Source of the DNA: an uncultured archaeon
GTDB taxonomy: Archaea; Asgardarchaeota; Lokiarchaeia; Sigyniarchaeales; Promethearchaeaceae
NCBI GenBank assembly: GCA_964426185.1
Contig: CAYRPF010000042.1
Location: forward strand, 1-25,842
DNA length: 25,842 nt
Direction: 5' to 3'
Of the stretch, positions 7,251 to 16,534 are shown in pieces. A model generated the notes under the pieces. It did no database searches. It saw only the letters and a program-made list of their open reading frames with translations, and was not told the origin of the DNA. Numbering within the stretch: the first letter of the stretch is position 1; every line of letters begins with the position of its first letter. The position numbers and the translations under genes are program-made.

Positions 7251-8117
7251 ATTACGTTCTCCACATTCTGGGCAATATTTCACAGAGAATTCATTAGCAA
7301 TTTCATTAAAAGATGAATCGTCCATGTTCTTTTCTTCAGGTGGCATGGAAGATTTTCTCTTTTCTGCAGATTTTTGATTTATTTTGGGGAGAGTAGAGAC
7401 CTTCCGAAAAGGAAAGGGCAGTGAAGCGCTAAGATTTGAAAGGTATTGTTCTACTTCTTGTGCTGTGACTTTATTTTTTGATTGATTTAATTCGGAAAAA
7501 TCCACATTTAACTTAGGAAAAGCACATTTTTCAAATTTAAAAGAGTGAAGGTGAGGCGCTATTTTCCCTAAAGAGTTTATATTTAAATAATTTGAATCTT
7601 TAAACCATAACTGGGCCAAATTTTCTGCTTGAAGCGTTTGCAGATCAATTGTGCAAAAATGACAATGGTTAAGAAACTGAATTGATTTTAAATTTTGTAA
7701 TACTGTTTTCCCTAAAAATAAAGTAGATTGTTGAGTATTAATTAAATGCAACATCTCCAAACGATTATCTCCTAAAATATCCCCTTTATATCTAAGAAAT
7801 TTAGAATTTTCGATTAACCATCGCTTCCAATGGGGGAAATTTCCAACAATATCAAGAATATCCATATATTCTATATATGAAAAGAACACCTGCTCAAGCT
7901 GTGAGAAAGAAGGATAAAAAAGAGAAAAACTAAAGTATTTGCATCCGATCACTTCAATATATTTCAATTTCGGCCAATGGTCTTCATCTAGCAGGATTTG
8001 GCAATTTGAGCAATTATGAAAACTTAATTTCTCAATCTCTTGTGAATTTTCTGGAATTTTAGAAAGATCGTTGGGAAATTTTAAGTATTTCCGTTTTTTA
8101 AACAGTAGTTCCCGCAT
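7200..8117 (-). CDS. Leucine-rich-repeat-like protein with C-terminal zinc ribbon
   Basis: Repeating LxxLxFxxC/S pattern (LKYIEVIGC, LKSIQFLNHC, LHSFKFEKC); terminal CPECG...CRGCG. The ORF is open from 8180; ATG 8117 avoids overlap with the upstream gene. Confidence 0.7.
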   Translation of the reverse strand: MRELLFKKRKYLKFPNDLSKIPENSQEIEKLSFHNCSNCQILLDEDHWPKLKYIEVIGCKYFSFSLFYPSFSQLEQVFFSYIEYMDILDIVGNFPHWKRWLIENSKFLRYKGDILGDNRLEMLHLINTQQSTLFLGKTVLQNLKSIQFLNHCHFCTIDLQTLQAENLAQLWFKDSNYLNINSLGKIAPHLHSFKFEKCAFPKLNVDFSELNQSKNKVTAQEVEQYLSNLSASLPFPFRKVSTLPKINQKSAEKRKSSMPPEEKNMDDSSFNEIANEFSVKYCPECGERNLVAAQFCRGCGNPFPF

Positions 8118-8160
8118 GATAATCAGCAAGTAGGTTAATTCAATCACAGATTTATGATAT

Positions 8161-8709
8161 TTAATTTCTTCGAAGCCCATTTATTGGATCATTTATTTGT
8201 GTATCGTCTGTCCATTTAGCAACCTCCTTTAATGAATGAAAAATTCTTCCCTTCGATTGATAAATGCAGTATTCAACTTGTAAATTAACCATACTGGCTA
8301 AATTGTCTCCTGTAGATCTCAAATCTCCTCTATAACCATAAATTTCTTTTCCTAAAATATAAGCCATGCCTATTTCTGCAGCAGTTCCTGAATCAACATC
8401 GGGACCATCAAGAATTCCCAAGACTTTATCTGCCGATCGAAGTAAGTTTTCATTATTCTTGGCAATTTCTCTATTAATTTCTTCCATTTGATGAATAATT
8501 TGAGTAAATGTAATATTTAAATTTGAGATTTCAGAATTATAGAGTTTATTGTTTAATTTCTTTAACTTAATCCCTAACTCTTGATTTGGTCCATAATCAA
8601 ATGGATCTAATAATTCAAACATTCTTTTCAAGATATTTTTCAAGGGTTGAATTCCATAATCTCCGATTTCAGAAAATCCATGAGGACCCGCTAAGTACAG
8701 TTTTTTCAT
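8161..8709 (-). CDS. Nucleoside 2-deoxyribosyltransferase / N-glycosidase family protein
   Basis: LYLAGP..FSE, DGPDVDSGTAAEIGMAY (catalytic Glu), GYRGDLR; likely start MKKLYLAGP at 8709. Confidence 0.88.
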   Translation of the reverse strand: MKKLYLAGPHGFSEIGDYGIQPLKNILKRMFELLDPFDYGPNQELGIKLKKLNNKLYNSEISNLNITFTQIIHQMEEINREIAKNNENLLRSADKVLGILDGPDVDSGTAAEIGMAYILGKEIYGYRGDLRSTGDNLASMVNLQVEYCIYQSKGRIFHSLKEVAKWTDDTQINDPINGLRRN

Positions 8710-8783
8710 ATTGTTACTAACAGTATGCAGATAAGAAATACTTTTCACGTTTTGCTAATTTCTTAATAATTTCAATATAAAAT

Positions 8784-9206
8784 TTATACTCCCTCCAAAC
8801 TCTGAAAGATAGCAAGCAACAAAATAAAGATAAACTCAAAATTAGGAAAATCGCAAGAAAAAACCCCAGTGCTTAGATTTACATATAATTCAATATCAAT
8901 TTTTCTTAGCCAAGATTTAAATTTTTCAATGATAAAATGTTCTTCTTCTTCTGATTCCATGGGATCGAGCATAAAACTAACCTTTATTGGATTTTTTTTC
9001 GATTTTGTTGCAATTTTCCCATGCGGCCAATGCTCAGCGCAGAAAAGTTCTAAAAATTGGCAATTTTCAAAAACTATCCTAAAATCACCTTTAGATGGCG
9101 ATTTTTCAAGGTGGATGTGGAATGGTCTTAAACTTTCGCCCATCATGGTAGATAATATTTTTATTGGAAACTTTGACCCAGATTGGTGAGATACGTGCCC
9201 ACTCAC
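8784..9206 (-). CDS. Hypothetical protein (140 aa)
   Basis: GTG start, TAA stop, co-oriented with two downstream genes; no motif recognised. Confidence 0.6.
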   Translation of the reverse strand: MSGHVSHQSGSKFPIKILSTMMGESLRPFHIHLEKSPSKGDFRIVFENCQFLELFCAEHWPHGKIATKSKKNPIKVSFMLDPMESEEEEHFIIEKFKSWLRKIDIELYVNLSTGVFSCDFPNFEFIFILLLAIFQSLEGV

Positions 9207-9381
9207 TGCAATTTGAGAATTTCTAATATACGTTTGGTTAATTATCTAAATTCCCCCCTTTCCCTCTAAACATTATATCTTTCATACATACTTAAATGTA
9301 TCCGACAAAAAGGGATATTTCATAACAATGATACTATAAATCAATTGCGATAATATTTTAATCGTGGAAATCCACATGTAA

Positions 9382-11352
9382 ATGAGTATTTTGGTTACGA
9401 ATTATTCAATCCATAAGGAAATCACCCAAGAATTCTTAGAGATCTATCGCTCTATTATAAGAGAGAAGATGAAAATAGATCCCCTTGCAGAAAAGGATAA
9501 GATTAAAAATTGGGATATGGTTTTCCCTACACTTTTTGAAAAATATCAAAAATATATCAAAAAAACCTCTAAAATCGCCAAAAAATTGCAATTAATCAGG
9601 GAACTAGGAGAAAAATACCAATTTTTTATCTCACATCAGGTGATTTTTGAAAATGACAAATGGAAAATTGTTCCTCGGAAAAAAAAAATACATCAACTAG
9701 GCACCATTTATACCCCTTCAGAAATTTCTCATTTCATCATTCGCTGGATTTTTCAATTAATAAATGAAAATTCGTATCAAGTAAAGGTAAATTGGAAAAT
9801 TGCTGATCTAGCATGTGGTCCCGGGCAGTTCTTAATTGATTGGATCGAATTAGGAAGTTCAATCCGATTACCCCAACCATTATCTCTTTTTGGTTATGAC
9901 AATGATCCTATTGCAATTCAAATTGCAGCTCTTGGATCTTTTCCAGACCTTTATATCGCCCAGAAAGATTCTCTTTTTGATGGTGCTCTGGAACAAAGAA
10001 ACCAATTTGATATTATTGTTGGAAATCCCCCGTATATTAAATCTAGCGCTATAGATGATGATTATTGGAATAAATTAAAACTTAAGTTTAAGAGTGCTTA
10101 TCATAAATTTGATCTTTCGGTGGTATTTTTAGAGAAAAGCCTTTGTCTACTAAAACCAGGAGGTATAGCAGGATTTATTATCTCAAATAAGTGGTTGACC
10201 TCTAAATACGGTATGAAGATAAGAGATCTTTTACTATCATCTACGAAGATCTTAGCAATAATAGATGTATCACAAATTTCCATCTTTTCTAATGTCTCCA
10301 CCTACCCAGTCATTATATTTTTCCAAAAAAGAGCAAAAATTCCCTCTAAACAGCAAAAATCAGATATAGAAATGAAATCGTTGGTAAGACTATACCATAT
10401 AGAAAAAATTACTGATCTTGAAAAGATTCTAACAGGAAAAATAAAGGGGTTTAGTATTCAGCAGCATTTTTTTCATTTTACCCCCCATCATTCTATTATT
10501 ACCAATTTTTCAATTAATGAGCATGAATTATTGTCCCATTTTTGGAATCTTCCACAAGATTCATTTTTCTTTCTAAATGATCCAAAGAGCCCATATACCT
10601 TGCGTAAAGGGATTCATACTGGAAATTGTAAAAACAAATTAATTGTAAATGAAATCCACAACTCAGAATTTGACAATCTTGAAATTAAACCTTTAATCAC
10701 CAGCAGATTGAAAATAGAACGTTATAAAATTTCATGGCAGGGATTATGGATTCGATATAACAAATCATTAATCGATAAATCAAAAGGAGATTATGGATCC
10801 TTGCGTGAACCTTGGATTTTTGAAGCAAATCCAAAAATTTGTATTAAATTATTCGGGATTAGGATTCAAGCAGCTATTGATTTTTTCCGATATTATACTA
10901 ACAATTCGGTTATTTTATTACTCCGAAAAGATCAAAATCCTGCTTTTCACACAAATTCCAAAAAGTTCTATCATTTAAAAGAACACTCAGAAATGCACTC
11001 TTTTAAGGCAATATTTAGCCATATCGAAGAGGAATTCTACTATATTTTAGGAATATTAAACTCTAACTTAATTTCATCTTACTACCGCATCATGTATAGA
11101 CATACTCATGTCCGCGGTAATTATCTACAATATTATATTAAAGATTTAGGAAAAATTCCGATAATTTTACCAACTAAGCACAATTTTAAAATAATACGTG
11201 ATATTGCCCAGTTAACACGTAGAATCGTAAAATTACATGAATCTTTCTTAGCTAATAGGGTTGAAATTGAAAAAGAAGAAAAGATATTGAATAAAAAAAT
11301 AGATTCTTTATATGGATTTAATTCTTCTTACTTACAAAAACAAATTGATTAA
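9382..11352 (+). CDS. N6-adenine DNA methyltransferase (gamma class, Eco57I/TaqI-like with C-terminal TRD)
   Basis: LGTIYTP motif X; DLACGPGQF motif I; DIIVGNPPY motif IV; LKPGG; YILGILNS...YIKDLGKIPI TaqI_C-type end. Confidence 0.9.
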   Translation: MSILVTNYSIHKEITQEFLEIYRSIIREKMKIDPLAEKDKIKNWDMVFPTLFEKYQKYIKKTSKIAKKLQLIRELGEKYQFFISHQVIFENDKWKIVPRKKKIHQLGTIYTPSEISHFIIRWIFQLINENSYQVKVNWKIADLACGPGQFLIDWIELGSSIRLPQPLSLFGYDNDPIAIQIAALGSFPDLYIAQKDSLFDGALEQRNQFDIIVGNPPYIKSSAIDDDYWNKLKLKFKSAYHKFDLSVVFLEKSLCLLKPGGIAGFIISNKWLTSKYGMKIRDLLLSSTKILAIIDVSQISIFSNVSTYPVIIFFQKRAKIPSKQQKSDIEMKSLVRLYHIEKITDLEKILTGKIKGFSIQQHFFHFTPHHSIITNFSINEHELLSHFWNLPQDSFFFLNDPKSPYTLRKGIHTGNCKNKLIVNEIHNSEFDNLEIKPLITSRLKIERYKISWQGLWIRYNKSLIDKSKGDYGSLREPWIFEANPKICIKLFGIRIQAAIDFFRYYTNNSVILLLRKDQNPAFHTNSKKFYHLKEHSEMHSFKAIFSHIEEEFYYILGILNSNLISSYYRIMYRHTHVRGNYLQYYIKDLGKIPIILPTKHNFKIIRDIAQLTRRIVKLHESFLANRVEIEKEEKILNKKIDSLYGFNSSYLQKQID

Positions 11353-12534
11353 GGGAATTAAATCTTCACGGAATTTCTGAATTCCTAACACTTCTTCTCT
11401 GAGATCTGTGGTTAACACCCATAAATAAACCATTCCACTGTCTGAAGAAGTTATATATTCAGATATAAAATGTAGATTATTGCGTTTATAATTTAGTTCA
11501 TAAAAATCTTCTTTTTGTAATCCTGTAGTCAGATGGAATAAATAAAGATTTTGCAGATAAGCTGCTGAATTTTTTAACATTTCTTCTTCTTGATGTGTTT
11601 CACCGTAAGATCCAAACACTAAACCAGTGGATGAAATTAAAACACAAGCACGAGCATTGATATCTTTTACGTAGACTTTCAGGAGCTCTTGAATAACACC
11701 TCCAGAAGTAGAAATTTTCTTCAGAGCTAAAGAAAAGAGATTTTCAATGGAATTTCGTTCGTAAATTGAACTTATTGCGAATCCGATATCAAATTTGCTA
11801 GACATCTGTTCAAAACTTTCCATTAATTTTAACCGTTTTTGGTTAAGATCTTCATCGTTCGCAATATCTGGATCCATTTTCGAAAAGACAACTAATATAG
11901 GTATGATGAGATCATTCTTTTCCAAGGTATCGAGGATTTTTTGATAATATTCTAACGATTCTTCATATCGATCAGGATCTTGAATGTCAATAATATAAAT
12001 CATCATATCAGTTCCTGTAAAATACATATCAGCCTTTTCAAAATAAGTGTCTCGATACTGACTTTGGCCACCAAAATCAAAAGCCACTAATTCATATCCT
12101 AAAATGTTGGTATTTTGTCGCTGTAACCCTCTGGTAGGGAGTAATTCCTTTATTGCAGAATATTTTTCAGATAATGCGGTCAGAGCAGAAGTTTTTCCAG
12201 CATTCCCTAAACCAAGAAAGATTATTTTCTTTTTACCTTCTCCATGCTCAGCCAATTGAGTCATGTGCCAAAAGATTAACTCACAAATCATGGCAAATTT
12301 ATTTGTTTCATCAGGATTGAGCCCTTCAAATACTAAGGGATCTTGATATTGAGCGAGATCTTTTATAGAGACAAGATCTAATTCCTCAAAGAATGGTTCC
12401 CAAGAAGCATCCCACACTTTTAACATGTTGAATGGGAGATCCAGCACATCGCTGGGCTTAGAAATGGAACTTAAATCCACGTCATCTTTGAAAAACGATC
12501 GGACTTTCGCAAGAATATTAGTTTGTGGATCCAT
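11332..12534 (-). CDS. Arf/Rag-like small GTPase with N-terminal extension and C-terminal roadblock/longin-like domain
   Basis: G1 GLGNAGKT, G2 PTRG, G3 DFGGQ, G4 SKMD, G5 SSI; C-terminal ACVLISSTGLVFGSY strand pattern. The ORF is open from TTG 12603; ATG at 12534. Confidence 0.88.
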   Translation of the reverse strand: MDPQTNILAKVRSFFKDDVDLSSISKPSDVLDLPFNMLKVWDASWEPFFEELDLVSIKDLAQYQDPLVFEGLNPDETNKFAMICELIFWHMTQLAEHGEGKKKIIFLGLGNAGKTSALTALSEKYSAIKELLPTRGLQRQNTNILGYELVAFDFGGQSQYRDTYFEKADMYFTGTDMMIYIIDIQDPDRYEESLEYYQKILDTLEKNDLIIPILVVFSKMDPDIANDEDLNQKRLKLMESFEQMSSKFDIGFAISSIYERNSIENLFSLALKKISTSGGVIQELLKVYVKDINARACVLISSTGLVFGSYGETHQEEEMLKNSAAYLQNLYLFHLTTGLQKEDFYELNYKRNNLHFISEYITSSDSGMVYLWVLTTDLREEVLGIQKFREDLIPLINLFL

Positions 12535-12645
12535 TGTGTATTCAATAAAATCAAGGGAAGATCTTTGAAAAATTTTGTTATTTAAAAATGTTAACTTACC
12601 CAACTTCTTTAAGATAACGGAGATAATATTAATATATCTATATTC

Positions 12646-13893
12646 ATGGAAATGATGGTGGTTATGCCCGATACTATCCCCGAAGCTATAATGTTTGTGC
12701 TGGACGCCTCTCGTTCTATGTTCAGATCAGACTACAGCCCTAATCGTCTTGGAGCTTGTGAAATTGGAATAGTAGAATTTGTTCAAACACGGTTTCTCAG
12801 TGACCAAGAGAATGCTGGATCTTCTGCTTTTGGATTAGTGGTGGTAAGGAGCAAATCAGAAAAAATTTTTGATTTTACCGATGGGGCTGAAGTACCAGAA
12901 TTCTCTGAATTTTTAGGAAATTTAGCTTGCGGAGGAAAAAGCTCACTTGGAGAAGGGTTAGGACACGCTATAAAGATATTAATCGAAGATATTCGCACTA
13001 ATGGAGCTAGAGTGCCCTTAATTATTCTCTTCTCGGACGGAAATAATACACCTTCAAAAATTGAACCGCTAAAAATGGCTGCATTGGCAAATCAATTAGG
13101 AATAAAGATTCACACAGTGCATTTAGGGGATATCCAGCCAACAAACTTATTAAAGCAAATCGCTGAAAAAACTAATGGCCAATATCAACACGCAAAAAAT
13201 ACAGAAGCTATTATTCGTTTTATTCAAAATCTTGCTCAAAATAATTTTTTACCCCCTGGATCTTCTGTGAAGAAAAATAAATCACGTATTCCTCAACCAA
13301 TTTTGAAAAAAATTGCTGCTCCTTTATTGACTGAAGCAGAAATGACGAAAGGTTCAGAAGACCAAAAAAATCTAATCGCTCGTTTACGGGGAACTAAATC
13401 TTATGAAAAATGCAGCATTTGTTTTCAATCCAACGATCCAATTTCAAAAACTGAATTCAATATAAGTGGAGCTTATTGCCCGAACTGCGGAACTCCAATG
13501 CATTATTCTTGTGCAAGTTTATGGGCGAAAAATCAGAATAAGGAAGGAGATGGAACAATTTTTAGATGTGTTCACTGCTTATATCTGTTAAAAATCCCTG
13601 CATCAATAAAGACAGCCGTTCAAATGCACCAAAATCTAAAACAAGAAATGAGAAGCGAAAATTCTCAAAAACTAGCGAAAACAGTAAATGTATCGGTAGA
13701 ACTTGCGAGAGATCTAGGTGAAGAAGCCACATATTCTGCATGTCCTGTATGTTCAGCTATTTTCGAAGAAGATGATCGAGTGATTAAATGTGGTAATCGG
13801 ACTTGTAATGCCATCTATCATGAAAAATGCTTTGAGAAATTACCAGATCATCAATGCAAGGTTTGTGGCATAAAAATGGTGAAAATGTTTTAA
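12646..13893 (+). CDS. vWA (Ssl1/Rpn10-like) domain protein with two C4HC3 RING-like zinc fingers
   Basis: VLDASRSMFRSDYSPNRL (MIDAS DxSxS), LFSDG; CxxC...CxxC..H..C...W...CxxC and CPVC...C...C..YH..C...CKVC. Confidence 0.85.
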   Translation: MEMMVVMPDTIPEAIMFVLDASRSMFRSDYSPNRLGACEIGIVEFVQTRFLSDQENAGSSAFGLVVVRSKSEKIFDFTDGAEVPEFSEFLGNLACGGKSSLGEGLGHAIKILIEDIRTNGARVPLIILFSDGNNTPSKIEPLKMAALANQLGIKIHTVHLGDIQPTNLLKQIAEKTNGQYQHAKNTEAIIRFIQNLAQNNFLPPGSSVKKNKSRIPQPILKKIAAPLLTEAEMTKGSEDQKNLIARLRGTKSYEKCSICFQSNDPISKTEFNISGAYCPNCGTPMHYSCASLWAKNQNKEGDGTIFRCVHCLYLLKIPASIKTAVQMHQNLKQEMRSENSQKLAKTVNVSVELARDLGEEATYSACPVCSAIFEEDDRVIKCGNRTCNAIYHEKCFEKLPDHQCKVCGIKMVKMF

Positions 13894-13924
13894 ATTTTCG
13901 AGGTTTGTATGCAATTATACTATA

Positions 13925-14965
13925 ATGAAGCACCTTATTCGAGTTGTCTTTTTATATAATACTATTTCTTCTTCTGTTTTAAATCACTTAAGGACCGAAT
14001 TGAAGGAATTTCCCAATATTGAAATAATTATACCTCAAAGCACAGAAATATCAGATATGATTCCCTTGGTGGAAAAAGCAGATGTTTTAGTTGGATGGAA
14101 ATGCCCTAAAGAGCTTCTTCCTTATACTCAACATCTGAAATTGTATATTTCTCCATATACTGGGGTTAGTTATTTAATTAAAGCATTCAAGCAAATGACC
14201 CCTCCACCTCATTTTCCTATTGTAAACGCACACGGGGCAGCAAAACTAATTGCCCAACATGCTGTTGCTATGTTATTTGGTATAATGAATCATCTGATTA
14301 TTCATCATAATGATATGCTTAATGGGAACTGGATTCCAGGAGGAGAAGGGGTAGAAGAGCCTTGTCCATCAATTCCAATAGAAGGTCGTAAAATTGGATT
14401 ATTTGGATACGGTCAAATTAATCAAACGGTTCACAAATATTTGCGAGGATTTCCCGTTGAATTTCATGCACTGAAACGTTCTTGGAAAAAAACCTCAGAA
14501 GAAAAACATCCCAATAAAATTGTGCAATATTCTCCCAAACAGTTAGATATCTTTATGAAGAATATAGATACACTTATAATCGCAGCCCCCCTCACACCTG
14601 AAACCGAAAATCTCATTAGAATGAAGCAACTTAAACTCCTTGGTCCAGATGGAATAATTGTGAATGTTGGACGAGCGAAAATTATTAACGAAAAAGACTT
14701 GTTTAATGCACTTCAAAAGAAAATTATTGCACGAGCGGCTTTAGATGTATGGTACATTTATAATCCTACTCCAGATGCTCGCAATCGATTGTGGCCATTT
14801 TCACAACCCTTTAATACCTTGAAAAATGTACTGCTTTCGCCTCATCGGGCAGATTCTCCCTTTGATCATCTCAGCAGATGGGATGATATCATCACCAATA
14901 TCAAGAAAGTTGCCCAAGGCCGACACGATTTTCTAAATCAAGTTGATCTCGAAAGAGGATACTAA
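13925..14965 (+). CDS. D-isomer-specific 2-hydroxyacid dehydrogenase
   Basis: IGLFGYGQI Rossmann motif, PLTPETENLI, VNVGRA, ALDVW, LSPH (catalytic His). Confidence 0.92.
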   Translation: MKHLIRVVFLYNTISSSVLNHLRTELKEFPNIEIIIPQSTEISDMIPLVEKADVLVGWKCPKELLPYTQHLKLYISPYTGVSYLIKAFKQMTPPPHFPIVNAHGAAKLIAQHAVAMLFGIMNHLIIHHNDMLNGNWIPGGEGVEEPCPSIPIEGRKIGLFGYGQINQTVHKYLRGFPVEFHALKRSWKKTSEEKHPNKIVQYSPKQLDIFMKNIDTLIIAAPLTPETENLIRMKQLKLLGPDGIIVNVGRAKIINEKDLFNALQKKIIARAALDVWYIYNPTPDARNRLWPFSQPFNTLKNVLLSPHRADSPFDHLSRWDDIITNIKKVAQGRHDFLNQVDLERGY

Positions 14966-14967
14966 AC

Positions 14968-15558
14968 ATGCATTTTTCTATTGAATCTATCAAGCTTTCA
15001 TTCGATCAGATAATATTTCAAAAAAACGATAAAATGGTTCAAGAAAATTGCCGAAAACCATATAAAAATCATCCGAAAGGATGCCCGAATTATGGAAAAA
15101 ATTGGAGTTGCCCGCCTTACAGTCCAACCATTAAAGAAACGAAGGCAAATCTTTCGAAATATCGGTATTTTTGGCTTATTCGGATTAAAATTGGTACAAG
15201 CACGCATCCAATAAAAGTATGGGCAAAGTATAAGAATTCTAAGCTGTTTGAAAAAATCACCATGTACTTAAACGAATTTCTAGGAAAACTGCAAGAAGAA
15301 CATCCGAAAGACAAAATTTATTTTTGTTCTGAATGTAGGATTTGTAAAAACAAGGGATACTCATGTACATGCCCTTCTGAACCATGTAGATATCCAGAAA
15401 AGATGCATTTTTCGCCTGAAGCTTTGGGAATTGATTTGTTTAATATAATGAGAAACCTCGATCTGGATATAGAACACAACCCATCCAAAATTCTGCAAAG
15501 AATAGGACTTTATGCTTCAGATCATTATTTAAATTTCCCTGAATATCGAAAAATCTAA
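14968..15558 (+). CDS. DUF2284-like Cys-rich metal-binding protein
   Basis: CPNYGKNWSCPP, CxxCxxC, C-T-C...PCRYPEK..SPEALGID. Confidence 0.8.
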   Translation: MHFSIESIKLSFDQIIFQKNDKMVQENCRKPYKNHPKGCPNYGKNWSCPPYSPTIKETKANLSKYRYFWLIRIKIGTSTHPIKVWAKYKNSKLFEKITMYLNEFLGKLQEEHPKDKIYFCSECRICKNKGYSCTCPSEPCRYPEKMHFSPEALGIDLFNIMRNLDLDIEHNPSKILQRIGLYASDHYLNFPEYRKI

Positions 15559-15627
15559 GAAATTGATTTATAGCAAAAAGTGAACAGATAAAGATCAGAA
15601 TCAGAAAAAAGAACAGAAGGTTATATT

Positions 15628-16350
15628 TTATTCTTTGAGATTCATATATTTCATTTTTTCATCCATTTCAAGAATCCGGAATTCCTTCGATTCGGTATCT
15701 ACACAACCAATTTGGATGGTTTCATTCTCGATTTCCTCTTCTGTGGATTCTTTCAAGACTTGAATACCTGTTTGAATTAAATCATCTAATGTCATATCAT
15801 CTTTTAATATTTTATTGAGCTTCTCCCGCGCTTCCTCAGCGTTGCGGCCCATAGCTGTACCTTTCCAGGCCCAAAATGTTCCGCTTGGAGATGTAGTCAT
15901 AACTCTGGGTGATTCATCGGGATCAACACCAATAATTAATAATGCAGAACCAAACGGGCGAACTCCACCGTGTTGGCTATATTGTTGTTTAATATCTGCT
16001 AATTTCCGGGTAATAGTCTGCACCCTAACCGGCTCGTTATAAGTTAATCGGTGAACTTGGCACTGAACTCGAGCATAATCCACAAGAATACGAGAATCAG
16101 CATGCAATCCAGAAATACTACAACCGATATGTTGATCAATTCTGAATATTTTCTGAATAGTTGCTGGATCCATTAATTTACTGAATTTCTTACGGGTAAT
16201 AATGGCTGCACCTGCTTTAGATTTGAGGCCAATACATAAAGTTCCACGTCGCACCGCTTCCAACGCATATTCTACTTGATATAATCGTCCTTCTGGACTG
16301 AACATGGTTATTGAACGATCATATCCTGCGTCATCGCCCTTTCTCATCAT
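15628..16350 (-). CDS. psmA: Archaeal 20S proteasome alpha subunit
   Basis: GYDRSITMFSPEGRLYQVEYA signature; QHGGVRPFGSALLI; SPSG. Confidence 0.97.
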   Translation of the reverse strand: MMRKGDDAGYDRSITMFSPEGRLYQVEYALEAVRRGTLCIGLKSKAGAAIITRKKFSKLMDPATIQKIFRIDQHIGCSISGLHADSRILVDYARVQCQVHRLTYNEPVRVQTITRKLADIKQQYSQHGGVRPFGSALLIIGVDPDESPRVMTTSPSGTFWAWKGTAMGRNAEEAREKLNKILKDDMTLDDLIQTGIQVLKESTEEEIENETIQIGCVDTESKEFRILEMDEKMKYMNLKE

Positions 16351-16446
16351 GATTTTCTACGCCTTTGGTAATAATTTTAGTTATTCTATTACTTACTATA
16401 ATGAAAAAAGAGGACGAGTGTAAAAAATTTTGGCCTAAAATTGATA

Positions 16447-16534
16447 ATGGTAGATGAACTTCCTTTCTTAGAAGAACAACTTCATTGGTGAAAGTGGAAA
16501 TGGAAGATGAACTTCATTCCTTAGAAGAACAACT
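16447..16534 (+). repeat. 35-bp imperfect direct repeat duplicating the 5' end of the downstream gene
   Basis: ATGGTAGATGAACTTCCTTTCTTAGAAGAACAACT (16447-16481) vs ATGGAAGATGAACTTCATTCCTTAGAAGAACAACT (16500-16534); 32/35 identical, 53-bp period. Confidence 0.9.
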
